The notes beneath the pieces are model-generated. The model made no database searches and was not told the DNA's origin. It was given only the letters and a program-made list of their open reading frames with translations. DNA of 39,500 bases, taken from sequence record SRR22947727_351; one strand, 5' to 3'. This document shows positions 26,932-36,005 of this stretch, in pieces (the stretch's first letter is position 1; every line of letters begins with the position of its first letter). Position numbers and translations under genes: made by a program.

Positions 26932-27957
26932 TTAAAAATGTATTTCAAAGGTGTCGGCCTTAAGGCCCCCATCTGTGACCATTTCCAAGACTAATTTTCT
27001 TTCTTTGGCATAAAATTGCAATAATCCAAAACTTTCTTTGGCCACCACTTTTGAGGCCCTATAAGGATTGGGTTCTCCTTTAAATTTCGTGTAAGCGTGG
27101 GTAAGACCACTTGAGGTAAAATCTATTAATGGATAGGACAATCCTGGAATTTCCTTCTTAGAAATTTCAGATATGTGACGGTCTCCAGAGAGTATAATCA
27201 CATTTTGAGAGACCGAACTCACCAGCATTTGTTCTAATTTATCTACTTCATGAGGGAAATTTCCCCAGCATTCAAAACCGTGTTCATTGGAGAGAAATTG
27301 CACGCTGCTCACCAGTAAAGTAACATCTGGCTCCCCATCTTGAAGCTCATTTTCCAACCATTCCCACTGAGCGTTTCCAAGCACAGTGCCTTGTCCGTAG
27401 GGATTTGGTTTATTTCGTTTAGAAGTTTCGTGATCTGGGGTAAGATCTGATCTGAAGTAGCGGGTGTCTAACACCAACACCTTTACATATAAGTCTGCTG
27501 TTTTGTAATGGTGGGCCCAATAAATTCCTGCTTGTTTTCTTCTAGGACTGTCTTTAGCCACCCCCATAAAATCTAGAAAGACCTCTTGGCTGGCCGCCTT
27601 GGCTTTAAAGTAAACACCTCCGTCGTTCATACCGTAATCATGGTCGTCCCAAGTACCAATGACCGGAATCTCTGATGCTATTTTTGCATAGCCCGGTTGT
27701 TCCGTTAATGTCTTGTAGAAAGCAGCTAATTTCTCCATATTATCAGTGTCTGCATACACATTGTCTCCTCCCCAAATAAAGAGGTTGGGTTGGGCCTTAT
27801 AAATGTCATCCCAAAGGTTATTTGTCAGGTCTGTCCTGTTACAAGAACCAAATGCTACAGTAAAGCTAGGGGTGTCTTGGGCCTGAATTGTTGCGGCAAA
27901 GATTAGGCAAATTAAGCCCAAAAAACAGTGTTTTAAAAGGATGGTTTTTGGCGTCAT
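26932..27957 (-). CDS. phoD: Alkaline phosphatase D family metallophosphatase (short, secreted form)
   Basis: FGSCN, GGDNVY, WDDHDY, LDTRYFR, LG.AQW.WL, SGDRH. ATG at 27957 chosen because the TTG at 27993 lies inside the -7 box. Confidence 0.88.
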   Translation of the reverse strand: MTPKTILLKHCFLGLICLIFAATIQAQDTPSFTVAFGSCNRTDLTNNLWDDIYKAQPNLFIWGGDNVYADTDNMEKLAAFYKTLTEQPGYAKIASEIPVIGTWDDHDYGMNDGGVYFKAKAASQEVFLDFMGVAKDSPRRKQAGIYWAHHYKTADLYVKVLVLDTRYFRSDLTPDHETSKRNKPNPYGQGTVLGNAQWEWLENELQDGEPDVTLLVSSVQFLSNEHGFECWGNFPHEVDKLEQMLVSSVSQNVIILSGDRHISEISKKEIPGLSYPLIDFTSSGLTHAYTKFKGEPNPYRASKVVAKESFGLLQFYAKERKLVLEMVTDGGLKADTFEIHF

Positions 27958-27990
27958 TGTTTGTTTATTTGAGGGTAAATTTAAGTAAAT

Positions 27991-27998
27991 CAAATATA
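27991..27998 (-). promoter_or_regulatory. -7 element (TATATTTG) for phoD
   Basis: CAAATATA on the + strand, 33 nt upstream of the ATG at 27957. Confidence 0.6.
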
Positions 27999-28030
27999 AG
28001 TCTCCCGGATAAAATTGTATATTTACCCCA

Positions 28031-29050
28031 ATGATTGCAATAGATTATAAGGCCTTAAAAAGTGCATTGGCCACACCCTGTAAGATAGCTATAATACCTC
28101 ATAGAAATCCAGATGGAGACGCTATAGGGTCTACCTTGGCACTATGCCATTACTTAAAAAAATTAGGACATGAAGCGGTGGTAGTCTCTCCCAATGAGGC
28201 GCCCTCTTTTTTGCATTGGATGCCTGGTTTTGAAACCATTCTAAATTTTGAGAACCACAGAGACTTAGCCCTAAAAACGCTGGAACAAGCTTCTTTTGTT
28301 TTTACTTTAGACTTTAATCACTTATCGAGAGTGGGCCATGACATGCAGCCGAACTTGGAGCGTTTGAAGACTACTTTTGTCATGATAGACCACCACCAAC
28401 AGCCAGACACTTACGCAAAATACACTTACTCAGATACTGAAATTTGTGCAACCTGCCAGATGGTGTATCATTTTATAGAAGCTATGGGAGACCTCCATCT
28501 TATAGACAAGGACATAGCAAACTGTTTGTATACTGGAATACTAACAGACACGGGATCTTTTAAATTTGCTTCTACCACAGCAACTACACACAAAGTAGCT
28601 GCAGCACTTATAGATAAAGGCGCTCAAAATGCAAGCATTCACCGCGCCATATATGACACCAATAGCCCCAGTAGGCTCCATCTATTGGGCTGTGCGCTCA
28701 AAAACATGGAAATACTTCCAGAGTTTCATACCGCTATCATTCATTTGAGTCAGGCAGAATTAGACCAATTCGATTATAAAAAAGGAGATACAGAAGGGCT
28801 TGTAAATTACGGTCTCAGCATAAAAGGAATTGTTTTTGCCGTAATTTTCATAGAAAATGCTGCCGAAAAAATTGTTAAAATATCTTTTAGATCCCAAGGA
28901 AGTTTCTCTGTAAATGAATTTGCTAGGGCCCATTTTAACGGTGGAGGTCACGACAACGCCGCTGGAGGAAGGGGCGAGGACAGCCTTGAAAACACCATCA
29001 CTTATTTTAAATCAATACTACCCAAATACAAAAATCAATTAGACAAATAA
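28031..29050 (+). CDS. nrnA: DHH/DHHA1 phosphoesterase (NrnA-like oligoribonuclease/pAp phosphatase)
   Basis: HRNPDGDAIGS, IDHH, TDTGSF, SFRS, GGGHDNAAG. Confidence 0.88.
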   Translation: MIAIDYKALKSALATPCKIAIIPHRNPDGDAIGSTLALCHYLKKLGHEAVVVSPNEAPSFLHWMPGFETILNFENHRDLALKTLEQASFVFTLDFNHLSRVGHDMQPNLERLKTTFVMIDHHQQPDTYAKYTYSDTEICATCQMVYHFIEAMGDLHLIDKDIANCLYTGILTDTGSFKFASTTATTHKVAAALIDKGAQNASIHRAIYDTNSPSRLHLLGCALKNMEILPEFHTAIIHLSQAELDQFDYKKGDTEGLVNYGLSIKGIVFAVIFIENAAEKIVKISFRSQGSFSVNEFARAHFNGGGHDNAAGGRGEDSLENTITYFKSILPKYKNQLDK

Positions 29051-29061
29051 ATCAGACAACA

Positions 29062-30159
29062 ATGAAAAAAATTACATCCATATTCATTCTTTTTGCCTTG
29101 CTCTTAACAAGCTGTAAAACCAGCCAAAGACCTGATCTAGCAGACGGTTTGTACGCTAATATTAAAACAGCTCAAGGAGATATTGTTATTAAACTTGAGG
29201 CAGAAAAAACACCTGTTACTGTGGCAAACTTTGTGTCGCTCGCAGAAGGAACTAGTCCATTTGTAGAAGACCAATTTAAAGGAAAGAAATTTTACGACGG
29301 TTTAACTTTTCATAGGGTTATGAAAGATTTCATGATTCAAGGTGGGGACTATTTAGGCAACGGTACTGGAAATCCTGGCTATAAATTCAAAGATGAATTT
29401 GATGAGACGCTCTCGCATTCTAAAATGGGTATTCTCTCTATGGCTAATGGCGGTCCTGGCACAAATGGAAGCCAATTTTTTATTACCCATAAAGACACAC
29501 CTTGGTTAGACGGTGTTCATACTGTTTTTGGAGAAGTTATTGAAGGATTGGAAGTGGTGGACTCAATTGCCAATGTGGCTGTGATGAATACCAAACCAAA
29601 TACACCTGTTGTAATGGAGGCTGTGACTATTATCAGGAATGGTTCAGAGGCGAGAAAATTCAATGCCAATAAGGTAATGGAAGCTTACTTTGACGAAATA
29701 GCCAATGCAGAAAAAGAAAACCTTAAAAAGAGAGCGGCTTTTTTAGAAAAAATAGCAGAACAAAAATCTAAGGCTACTATCACTGCATCTGGTTTAGGAA
29801 TTTATAAAATAAAAGAAGGAAATGGCATTAAGCCAAATATGGGAGAGAAAGTAAATGTATATTACGCTGGGTTTTTAGAAAATGGCGCTATAGTAGACAC
29901 CAATATTGAATCTATTGCCAAAGAAACCAATAGTTATGATCCAAATAGAAAGGCAGCAGGCATGTATGGGCCATTCCCAATGGATTTCAAGGAAGACGCT
30001 CAACTGATCCCTGGGTTTAGAGAAGGTTTATTAAGTATGAATTTTGGTGACAAAATCATGGTATTTATACCCTCACACCTTGGCTACGGAAGTGCAGGAA
30101 GAGGGAGCGTTGTTCCGCCAAATTCTAACCTGTTCTTTGAGCTTGAAATTGTAGAGTAA
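29062..30159 (+). CDS. Dual-domain cyclophilin plus FKBP peptidyl-prolyl isomerase lipoprotein
   Basis: Lipobox LLTSC; cyclophilin motifs FHRVMKDFMIQGGD, SMANGGPGTNGSQFFITH, WLDGVHTVFG; FKBP motifs TASGL, LIPGFREGL, IPSHLGYG, PPNSNLFFELE. Confidence 0.93.
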   Translation: MKKITSIFILFALLLTSCKTSQRPDLADGLYANIKTAQGDIVIKLEAEKTPVTVANFVSLAEGTSPFVEDQFKGKKFYDGLTFHRVMKDFMIQGGDYLGNGTGNPGYKFKDEFDETLSHSKMGILSMANGGPGTNGSQFFITHKDTPWLDGVHTVFGEVIEGLEVVDSIANVAVMNTKPNTPVVMEAVTIIRNGSEARKFNANKVMEAYFDEIANAEKENLKKRAAFLEKIAEQKSKATITASGLGIYKIKEGNGIKPNMGEKVNVYYAGFLENGAIVDTNIESIAKETNSYDPNRKAAGMYGPFPMDFKEDAQLIPGFREGLLSMNFGDKIMVFIPSHLGYGSAGRGSVVPPNSNLFFELEIVE

Positions 30160-30176
30160 TTCACCTAAACAATAAT

Positions 30177-30205
30177 AAAAAAAGGGGGCTAAAGCCCCTT
30201 TTTTT
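30177..30205. terminator. Bidirectional intrinsic terminator between the PPIase and pepD
   Basis: A7-G-GGGGC-TAAA-GCCCC-T7 between convergent genes. Confidence 0.85.
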
Positions 30206-30221
30206 ATGCGGTATATTTCCT

Positions 30222-31685
30222 TTATGATATAGACTTAAGCAGCTGTAATAAGTACTTCCAAAATTTCTGTACAGAGACTACAGAGACCTTTTCATCAGGA
30301 GAATGTGCTCCCCTAATATTAGGTCCAAAACTCACCATATCCATAGCAGGATAATGAGCCCCCAAAAGACCACACTCCAACCCAGCATGACAAGCCACTA
30401 CCCTAGGGGTTTCTTGAAACATAGATTCATATAAACCAGAGGCTGTTTTGAGTAACTGACTGCTTGTATTGGGTGCCCATCCAGGATAATCTCCAGAAAA
30501 GGTAACAGCGTATACAGCAGGGTCAAAACCAGCTTTGATTTGCTGTGCCAAATCCATCTTTGCGACTTCTACGGCAGACCTACACAAACAAGCGATCTCT
30601 AACACCCCATTTGAAAGGGTTATGCGTGCCACATTATTAGAGGTCTCTACCAAATCTGGGACCGCAGCACTCCATTGGTACACCCCATTATGAATGTCCT
30701 TAATTTGCTTGCAAAGCGACTGTGTGTCTGAAACAGACAAGCCCATATTTTCTTTGGTACCATAAGCTGTTAATAGGATGTTTAAATTTTCCTCTACCCC
30801 AGCAAAAGCCTTGATGGTCTCTTGAATTTGTACGGCCGCAAAAGCTTCTAAAGAAGCCCTTTGACTTCTGGGCACTACAAAAGAAATAGTACTCTCACGA
30901 GGGATGGCATTTCTTAAACTGCCTCCCTGAATAGAATGTAATTGCACATTAAATTTATCAGTAAACGAACCCAACAAGTCGTTGGCAATAAGGTTGGCAT
31001 TTCCAAAACCTTTGTGAATATCCATTCCGCTATGACCCCCTTGTAAGCCGGTAATTTTTAGTGTTAACGAAATAAGATCCTCCCCTAGAGCAACTACATG
31101 AAAAGAAGCACTCACGGTAATGTCTATACCTCCAGCACAGCCAATGGAAATTTCGTCGTCGTCTTCTGTATCTAAATTCAAAAGGTACTTTCCGCTAAGC
31201 CAATTTTTTGCCAAGCCTTTGGCTCCTGTCATACCAGTCTCTTCATCTACCGTAAAAAGTGCCTCCAGAGGTCCGTGTGGAATATCTGTAGCTTGCAACA
31301 AGGCCATGATAGCGGCTACTCCAATCCCGTTGTCTGCTCCCAGTGTAGTGCCTTTTGCTTTGACCCAATCCCCTTCCAAAACCATTTGAATCCCTTGGGT
31401 ATTGAAGTCAAAAACGGTCTCCTTATTCTTCTGGTGCACCATGTCTAAATGGGATTGCAAAGTCACTACTGGCAAAGATTCCATGCCAGCTGTTGCAGGT
31501 TTTAGAACCCGAATATTACCCACTGCATCCTGATCCACTTCCAAACCCAAAGATTTGGCAAAATCCAACATAAAGGCAATGACTTTTTCCTCCTTCTTAG
31601 AGGGTCTAGGCACCTCATTTAAGGCAACAAAAGACTGCCACAACAAACTAGGCGCTAAGACTGAAATAAGGCTATGCTCACTCAT
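30222..31685 (-). CDS. pepD: Aminoacyl-histidine dipeptidase (M20C)
   Basis: PRPSKKEE, QSHLDMV, TLGADNGIG, DEETG, NLDTED, GGHSG, HAGLECG, AHSPDE. Confidence 0.95.
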   Translation of the reverse strand: MSEHSLISVLAPSLLWQSFVALNEVPRPSKKEEKVIAFMLDFAKSLGLEVDQDAVGNIRVLKPATAGMESLPVVTLQSHLDMVHQKNKETVFDFNTQGIQMVLEGDWVKAKGTTLGADNGIGVAAIMALLQATDIPHGPLEALFTVDEETGMTGAKGLAKNWLSGKYLLNLDTEDDDEISIGCAGGIDITVSASFHVVALGEDLISLTLKITGLQGGHSGMDIHKGFGNANLIANDLLGSFTDKFNVQLHSIQGGSLRNAIPRESTISFVVPRSQRASLEAFAAVQIQETIKAFAGVEENLNILLTAYGTKENMGLSVSDTQSLCKQIKDIHNGVYQWSAAVPDLVETSNNVARITLSNGVLEIACLCRSAVEVAKMDLAQQIKAGFDPAVYAVTFSGDYPGWAPNTSSQLLKTASGLYESMFQETPRVVACHAGLECGLLGAHYPAMDMVSFGPNIRGAHSPDEKVSVVSVQKFWKYLLQLLKSIS

Positions 31686-31846
31686 AAAATATTTTTAAGT
31701 AAAGTTAGGCAAACAATGAAGGAAATTAGAACAATGATCGGAAGAATTTAAAAGTTTTAAAGCTAAAAATCACTCAAAATATTTCATTGGAATAATTCTA
31801 AAATACTCTGGCACAATTTACCTAAATAATAATGTACTTTTAACCT

Positions 31847-32920
31847 ATGTTTTCACCCAAGATTGGTCGTTGGCTTTTAGCCATTTCGTTTGTGCCTTTG
31901 TATTTTTTAGTACAATGGCTGCGCGAGTATCCGGAATTTATTGAAACTTATTACAGCAACGGATTTTACCGGTTTTGGTCTCAAGGAATTAGGTATGTAT
32001 TGGGGCGTTTTCCCATATCTATTGGAGACCTATTATATATAGTAGTCATTGTATGGGGCTTTATAAGGATTCGAAAACACTTCAAAGGGAAAACGCCTGT
32101 GAGGAGCTTGTTGCTTTTTGTAGGAACAGCTGTTTCGCTGCTTTACCTTCTATTCAACCTCAGCTGGGGGCTTAATTACCACAGAATATCCCTTCAAAAA
32201 AGCTTGGAATTAAACACCACTTCAAAGGACAGCATGGCCCTTTTTAATCTGACTAAAGACCTTATTCTCAGGGCCAACACATTGCAACTAAAACTTGCTA
32301 ATTATACTAAAAATGGCGTAAGTGTGCCTTATACCACCAAAGAAATTTTGGAAAAAGGCATTCAAGGATACAAGATTCTGGAGAAAAAATATCCTTCTTT
32401 GACTTACCATCATGAAGCCGTTAAAAAGAGCCTGTTTGCCTGGCCCCTCTCCTATATGGGCTATGCGGGCTACCTCAATCCTTTTACCTTAGAGGCACAG
32501 GTGAATCAAAAAATTCCAGCCTATAGATTGCCTGTGGTGGCTACGCACGAAATGGCGCATCAGCTAGGGTATGCGTCTGAAAGAGACACCAACTTCATTG
32601 GTTATTTGGCCGGTATTCATCACCCAGATCAGTACTTTAATTATGCCAGCACTACCCTAGCCCTATCTTACTGCTTAAGAGATGTTTATAGAGAATCTCC
32701 AAAGCGTCAACAGGAATTCATAGCCCTTTTAAACCCAGGAGTTCTAAAAAATTTCCAGGAATCTAACCGCTTTTGGGAAACCTATCAAAATCCCTTAAGT
32801 CCTTATTTTGAATCTATTTTTAATCGCTTTTTAAAAATGAACAACCAAGCTCAGGGCGTAAAAAGTTATGGGCAAATTGTTCAGTTGCTTTTGGCATACC
32901 ACGCGCAATACCCCCTTTAA
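31847..32920 (+). CDS. DUF3810-family membrane-anchored putative zinc metallopeptidase
   Basis: N-terminal TMs, WGLNYHR, GYLNPFTLEAQVN, HExxH in THEMAHQLGYASE..TNF. Confidence 0.85.
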   Translation: MFSPKIGRWLLAISFVPLYFLVQWLREYPEFIETYYSNGFYRFWSQGIRYVLGRFPISIGDLLYIVVIVWGFIRIRKHFKGKTPVRSLLLFVGTAVSLLYLLFNLSWGLNYHRISLQKSLELNTTSKDSMALFNLTKDLILRANTLQLKLANYTKNGVSVPYTTKEILEKGIQGYKILEKKYPSLTYHHEAVKKSLFAWPLSYMGYAGYLNPFTLEAQVNQKIPAYRLPVVATHEMAHQLGYASERDTNFIGYLAGIHHPDQYFNYASTTLALSYCLRDVYRESPKRQQEFIALLNPGVLKNFQESNRFWETYQNPLSPYFESIFNRFLKMNNQAQGVKSYGQIVQLLLAYHAQYPL

Positions 32921-33046
32921 AAGAAATTGTTTCCTATTACAATGAACTTAAAAAAAGTGGCATTGTGCCCTACAATTAAATCACTTTCTATTATCTTTAA
33001 GACGCTGTAAAAAGCAACTCATATAAACCAACTAAATGTTATCTCC

Positions 33047-35992
33047 ATGAAATTAAAAATGCTTGTCTTTGGGCTATGCCTTGTCAGTAGTATTGGCTTC
33101 TCTCAAGATTATTTTCCAAAAAACGACGGGGTTAAAGTGTCTAACAACCACTACACCGCCCTAACAAACGCAACTATTTATACCAGTCCAACTGAAATCA
33201 TTGAAAAGGGTACTTTGTTACTTAAAAATGGTCAGGTTGTGGCAGTGGGTAAAAATGTTCAAATTCCACTTCAGACAGTAGTGACTGACCTGAGTGGCAA
33301 AACCATTTATCCTTCCTTTATAGACTTATTCTCTGATTTTGGGGTAAAGAAACCGGCATCGGCCAGAGGCGGAAGAGGCTCACAATACGAACCCACTAGA
33401 GAAGGTTTTTATTGGAATGACCATATTATGCCAGAAAATAACGCCATAGATCAATTTAGCTTTAATGCTAAAGCCGCTAAAGACCTCATGTCTCAAGGAT
33501 TTGGGGTAGTCAATACGCACATTCAAGACGGTGTAGCCAGAGGTAGTGGTGCGCTTATTGCCCTAAATGCCATAGAAACAGACGCCCAAAGGGTGCTTTC
33601 TAGCCGTTCAGCGCAATACTTTTCTTTTAGCAAAAGTATTATGAAAAGTCAATCCTATCCAGGGTCACTGATGGGGGCTATGGCGCTCTTGAGACAATTT
33701 TTCTCAGACGCCAATTGGTATGGAAAAGGAAACAGCAATACCAGAGACCGTTCCATAGAAGCCTTTAATGCACAGAAAAATAATTTGGCTATTTTTGATG
33801 CGGGAGACAAAGGAAATATTGTGAGGGCAGACAAGATTGGAGACGCCTATCAGATTCCATTTGCCATTCTCGGTGGCGGAGACAGCTACGAAGATTTGGC
33901 TGCTATAAAAGCCACTAATGCAACCATTATTGTACCGCTTAATTTTCCGAAAGCCTATGATGTAGAAGATCCATATCAGGCAAATTATGTCTCTTTAGAA
34001 GATATGAGGGCTTGGAATCAGGCACCTTCCAATCCTTCTACCCTTCAAAAAGCTGGAGTGCCTATTACACTGACAGCTCACGGACTTAAGGATGGAAAAA
34101 ACTTCTTGAGCCACCTGAGAAAATCTGTGCAGTACGGTTTAGATAAAACCAACGCATTGGAAGCACTTACCACAAGACCAGCGAAATTGCTAAACAGAAA
34201 AGATTTGGGCCACCTAAAGCCTGGCGCTATGGCCAATTTCCTGGTGACTTCTGGTGATATATTTGACGAAAATTCAGAAATTTTTGAAAACTGGGTTCAA
34301 GGAACTAACAACATCCTTAAGGACAAAGATATAGTAGATATTAGGGGAACGTACCGCTTGGATTTTGAGGACCAGACCTGGTCGGTTAAAATAAGTGGCG
34401 CTGTAGAAAAGCCCTCTGCAAAACTCACACAAGACAGCACCAACCTAAAAAGTAAGCTGACTTACAATGAAGGATGGATGTATATGACCATAACCAATGA
34501 GGCTGGAGATGGAAAATTCAGACTCTCTGCATTGGCCAGTAAAGACACTCCTATTGAAGGGACTATTGTAAAAGAAGACGGTACAGAAGCCCTTTTTACG
34601 GCAACTAAAACGGGTCCATTTGAAAGTGAGAAAAAAGCGGCATTTAATGTGGCGCCAACAATAATGCCAGTGACTTTTCCAAATGTGGGCTATGGTTACA
34701 AAAACAGACCTACAGCAGAAAATACCTTGTTTAAAAATGCTACGGTTTGGACTTCAGAAGAGGCTGGAATATTAGAAAATACAGATGTACTTGTCAGAAA
34801 TGGTCAAATCGTGAAGATAGGTAAAGACCTCGCTGCAGGGAATGCCAAAATCATAGATGCTACTGGAAAGCACCTCACTGCAGGAATTATAGATGAGCAT
34901 TCACACATTGCTTTAAAAGCCGTGAATGAAGGCGGACAAAACAGTACTGCAGAAGTAAAAATGGAAGACGTTATAGATCCTGAGCACATGGGTATTTATA
35001 GGGATTTGGCTGGTGGAGTAACTACCATGCAACTCTTACACGGTTCTGCCAATCCAATTGGAGGACGTTCTGCGATTATTAAACTTAGGTGGGGAGCTAC
35101 CGCAGATGAGTTGGTATTTAAAGAAGCCCCTGGTTTTATAAAATTCGCCTTGGGTGAAAACGTAAAACAATCCAATTGGTCTTCTTACAGTCGTTTTCCT
35201 CAAACGAGAATGGGGGTGGAACAAATGTTCATTAACTACTTCCAACGCGCCAAAGAATACGACGCTAAAAAGAAAAGCAAACAGCCTTATCGCTACGATG
35301 AGGAAATGGAAGTGTTGGCAGAAATTTTGAATGGAGAGCGCTTTATTAGCTGCCATTCTTATGTGCAGAGTGAAATTAATATGCTGCTTAAAGTTGCAGA
35401 ACAATTTAACTTTAGGGTGAATACATTCACCCATATTTTGGAGGGCTATAAAGTAGCAGACAAAATGGCCAAGCATGGTGTAGGCGGTTCTACCTTTTCT
35501 GACTGGTGGGCCTATAAATATGAAGTAAACGACGCCATTCCTTACAATGCTGCAATTATGCACAGCCAGGGAGTTACTGTAGCCATTAACTCAGACGACG
35601 CTGAAATGTCTAGACGCCTTAACCAAGAAGCTGCTAAAACAGTGAAATACGGTGGTATGTCTGAAGAAGAAGCTTGGAAAATGGTGACCATCAATCCTGC
35701 CAAATTGTTACATGTAGACCATAAAGTAGGAAGTATTGCCGTTGGAAAAGATGCAGATTTAGTCCTTTGGAACAACCATCCTATGTCTGTATATGCAAAA
35801 GCTGAAAAGACCATGATAGAAGGAGTGACATATTTTGACCTAGAGACAGACCAATCACATAGAGTGGCTATTCAAAAGGAAAAGAACAGCTTAATTCAAA
35901 TGATGATTGCAGATAAAAAGAGCGGTGCCCCAACACAAGCACCAAAGCGAAGTATGAAGGTGGAGTTTCACTGTGACACTATGTTAGATTAA
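33047..35992 (+). CDS. Secreted two-domain amidohydrolase-family protein
   Basis: Signal peptide ending GFS|QD. Domain 1 has GKTIYPSFIDLFS (no HxH). Domain 2 has GKHLTAGIIDEHSH, CHSY, FTHILE, INSDD, TINPAK, GKDAD. Confidence 0.88.
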   Translation: MKLKMLVFGLCLVSSIGFSQDYFPKNDGVKVSNNHYTALTNATIYTSPTEIIEKGTLLLKNGQVVAVGKNVQIPLQTVVTDLSGKTIYPSFIDLFSDFGVKKPASARGGRGSQYEPTREGFYWNDHIMPENNAIDQFSFNAKAAKDLMSQGFGVVNTHIQDGVARGSGALIALNAIETDAQRVLSSRSAQYFSFSKSIMKSQSYPGSLMGAMALLRQFFSDANWYGKGNSNTRDRSIEAFNAQKNNLAIFDAGDKGNIVRADKIGDAYQIPFAILGGGDSYEDLAAIKATNATIIVPLNFPKAYDVEDPYQANYVSLEDMRAWNQAPSNPSTLQKAGVPITLTAHGLKDGKNFLSHLRKSVQYGLDKTNALEALTTRPAKLLNRKDLGHLKPGAMANFLVTSGDIFDENSEIFENWVQGTNNILKDKDIVDIRGTYRLDFEDQTWSVKISGAVEKPSAKLTQDSTNLKSKLTYNEGWMYMTITNEAGDGKFRLSALASKDTPIEGTIVKEDGTEALFTATKTGPFESEKKAAFNVAPTIMPVTFPNVGYGYKNRPTAENTLFKNATVWTSEEAGILENTDVLVRNGQIVKIGKDLAAGNAKIIDATGKHLTAGIIDEHSHIALKAVNEGGQNSTAEVKMEDVIDPEHMGIYRDLAGGVTTMQLLHGSANPIGGRSAIIKLRWGATADELVFKEAPGFIKFALGENVKQSNWSSYSRFPQTRMGVEQMFINYFQRAKEYDAKKKSKQPYRYDEEMEVLAEILNGERFISCHSYVQSEINMLLKVAEQFNFRVNTFTHILEGYKVADKMAKHGVGGSTFSDWWAYKYEVNDAIPYNAAIMHSQGVTVAINSDDAEMSRRLNQEAAKTVKYGGMSEEEAWKMVTINPAKLLHVDHKVGSIAVGKDADLVLWNNHPMSVYAKAEKTMIEGVTYFDLETDQSHRVAIQKEKNSLIQMMIADKKSGAPTQAPKRSMKVEFHCDTMLD

Positions 35993-36005
35993 TTTAATTG
36001 AAAAA

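Noticed and set aside
35036..35563. 175-aa antisense ORF and the other short overlapping ORFs in the track
   Set aside because: They lie opposite or within well-supported genes and have no recognisable motifs, as expected of shadow ORFs.
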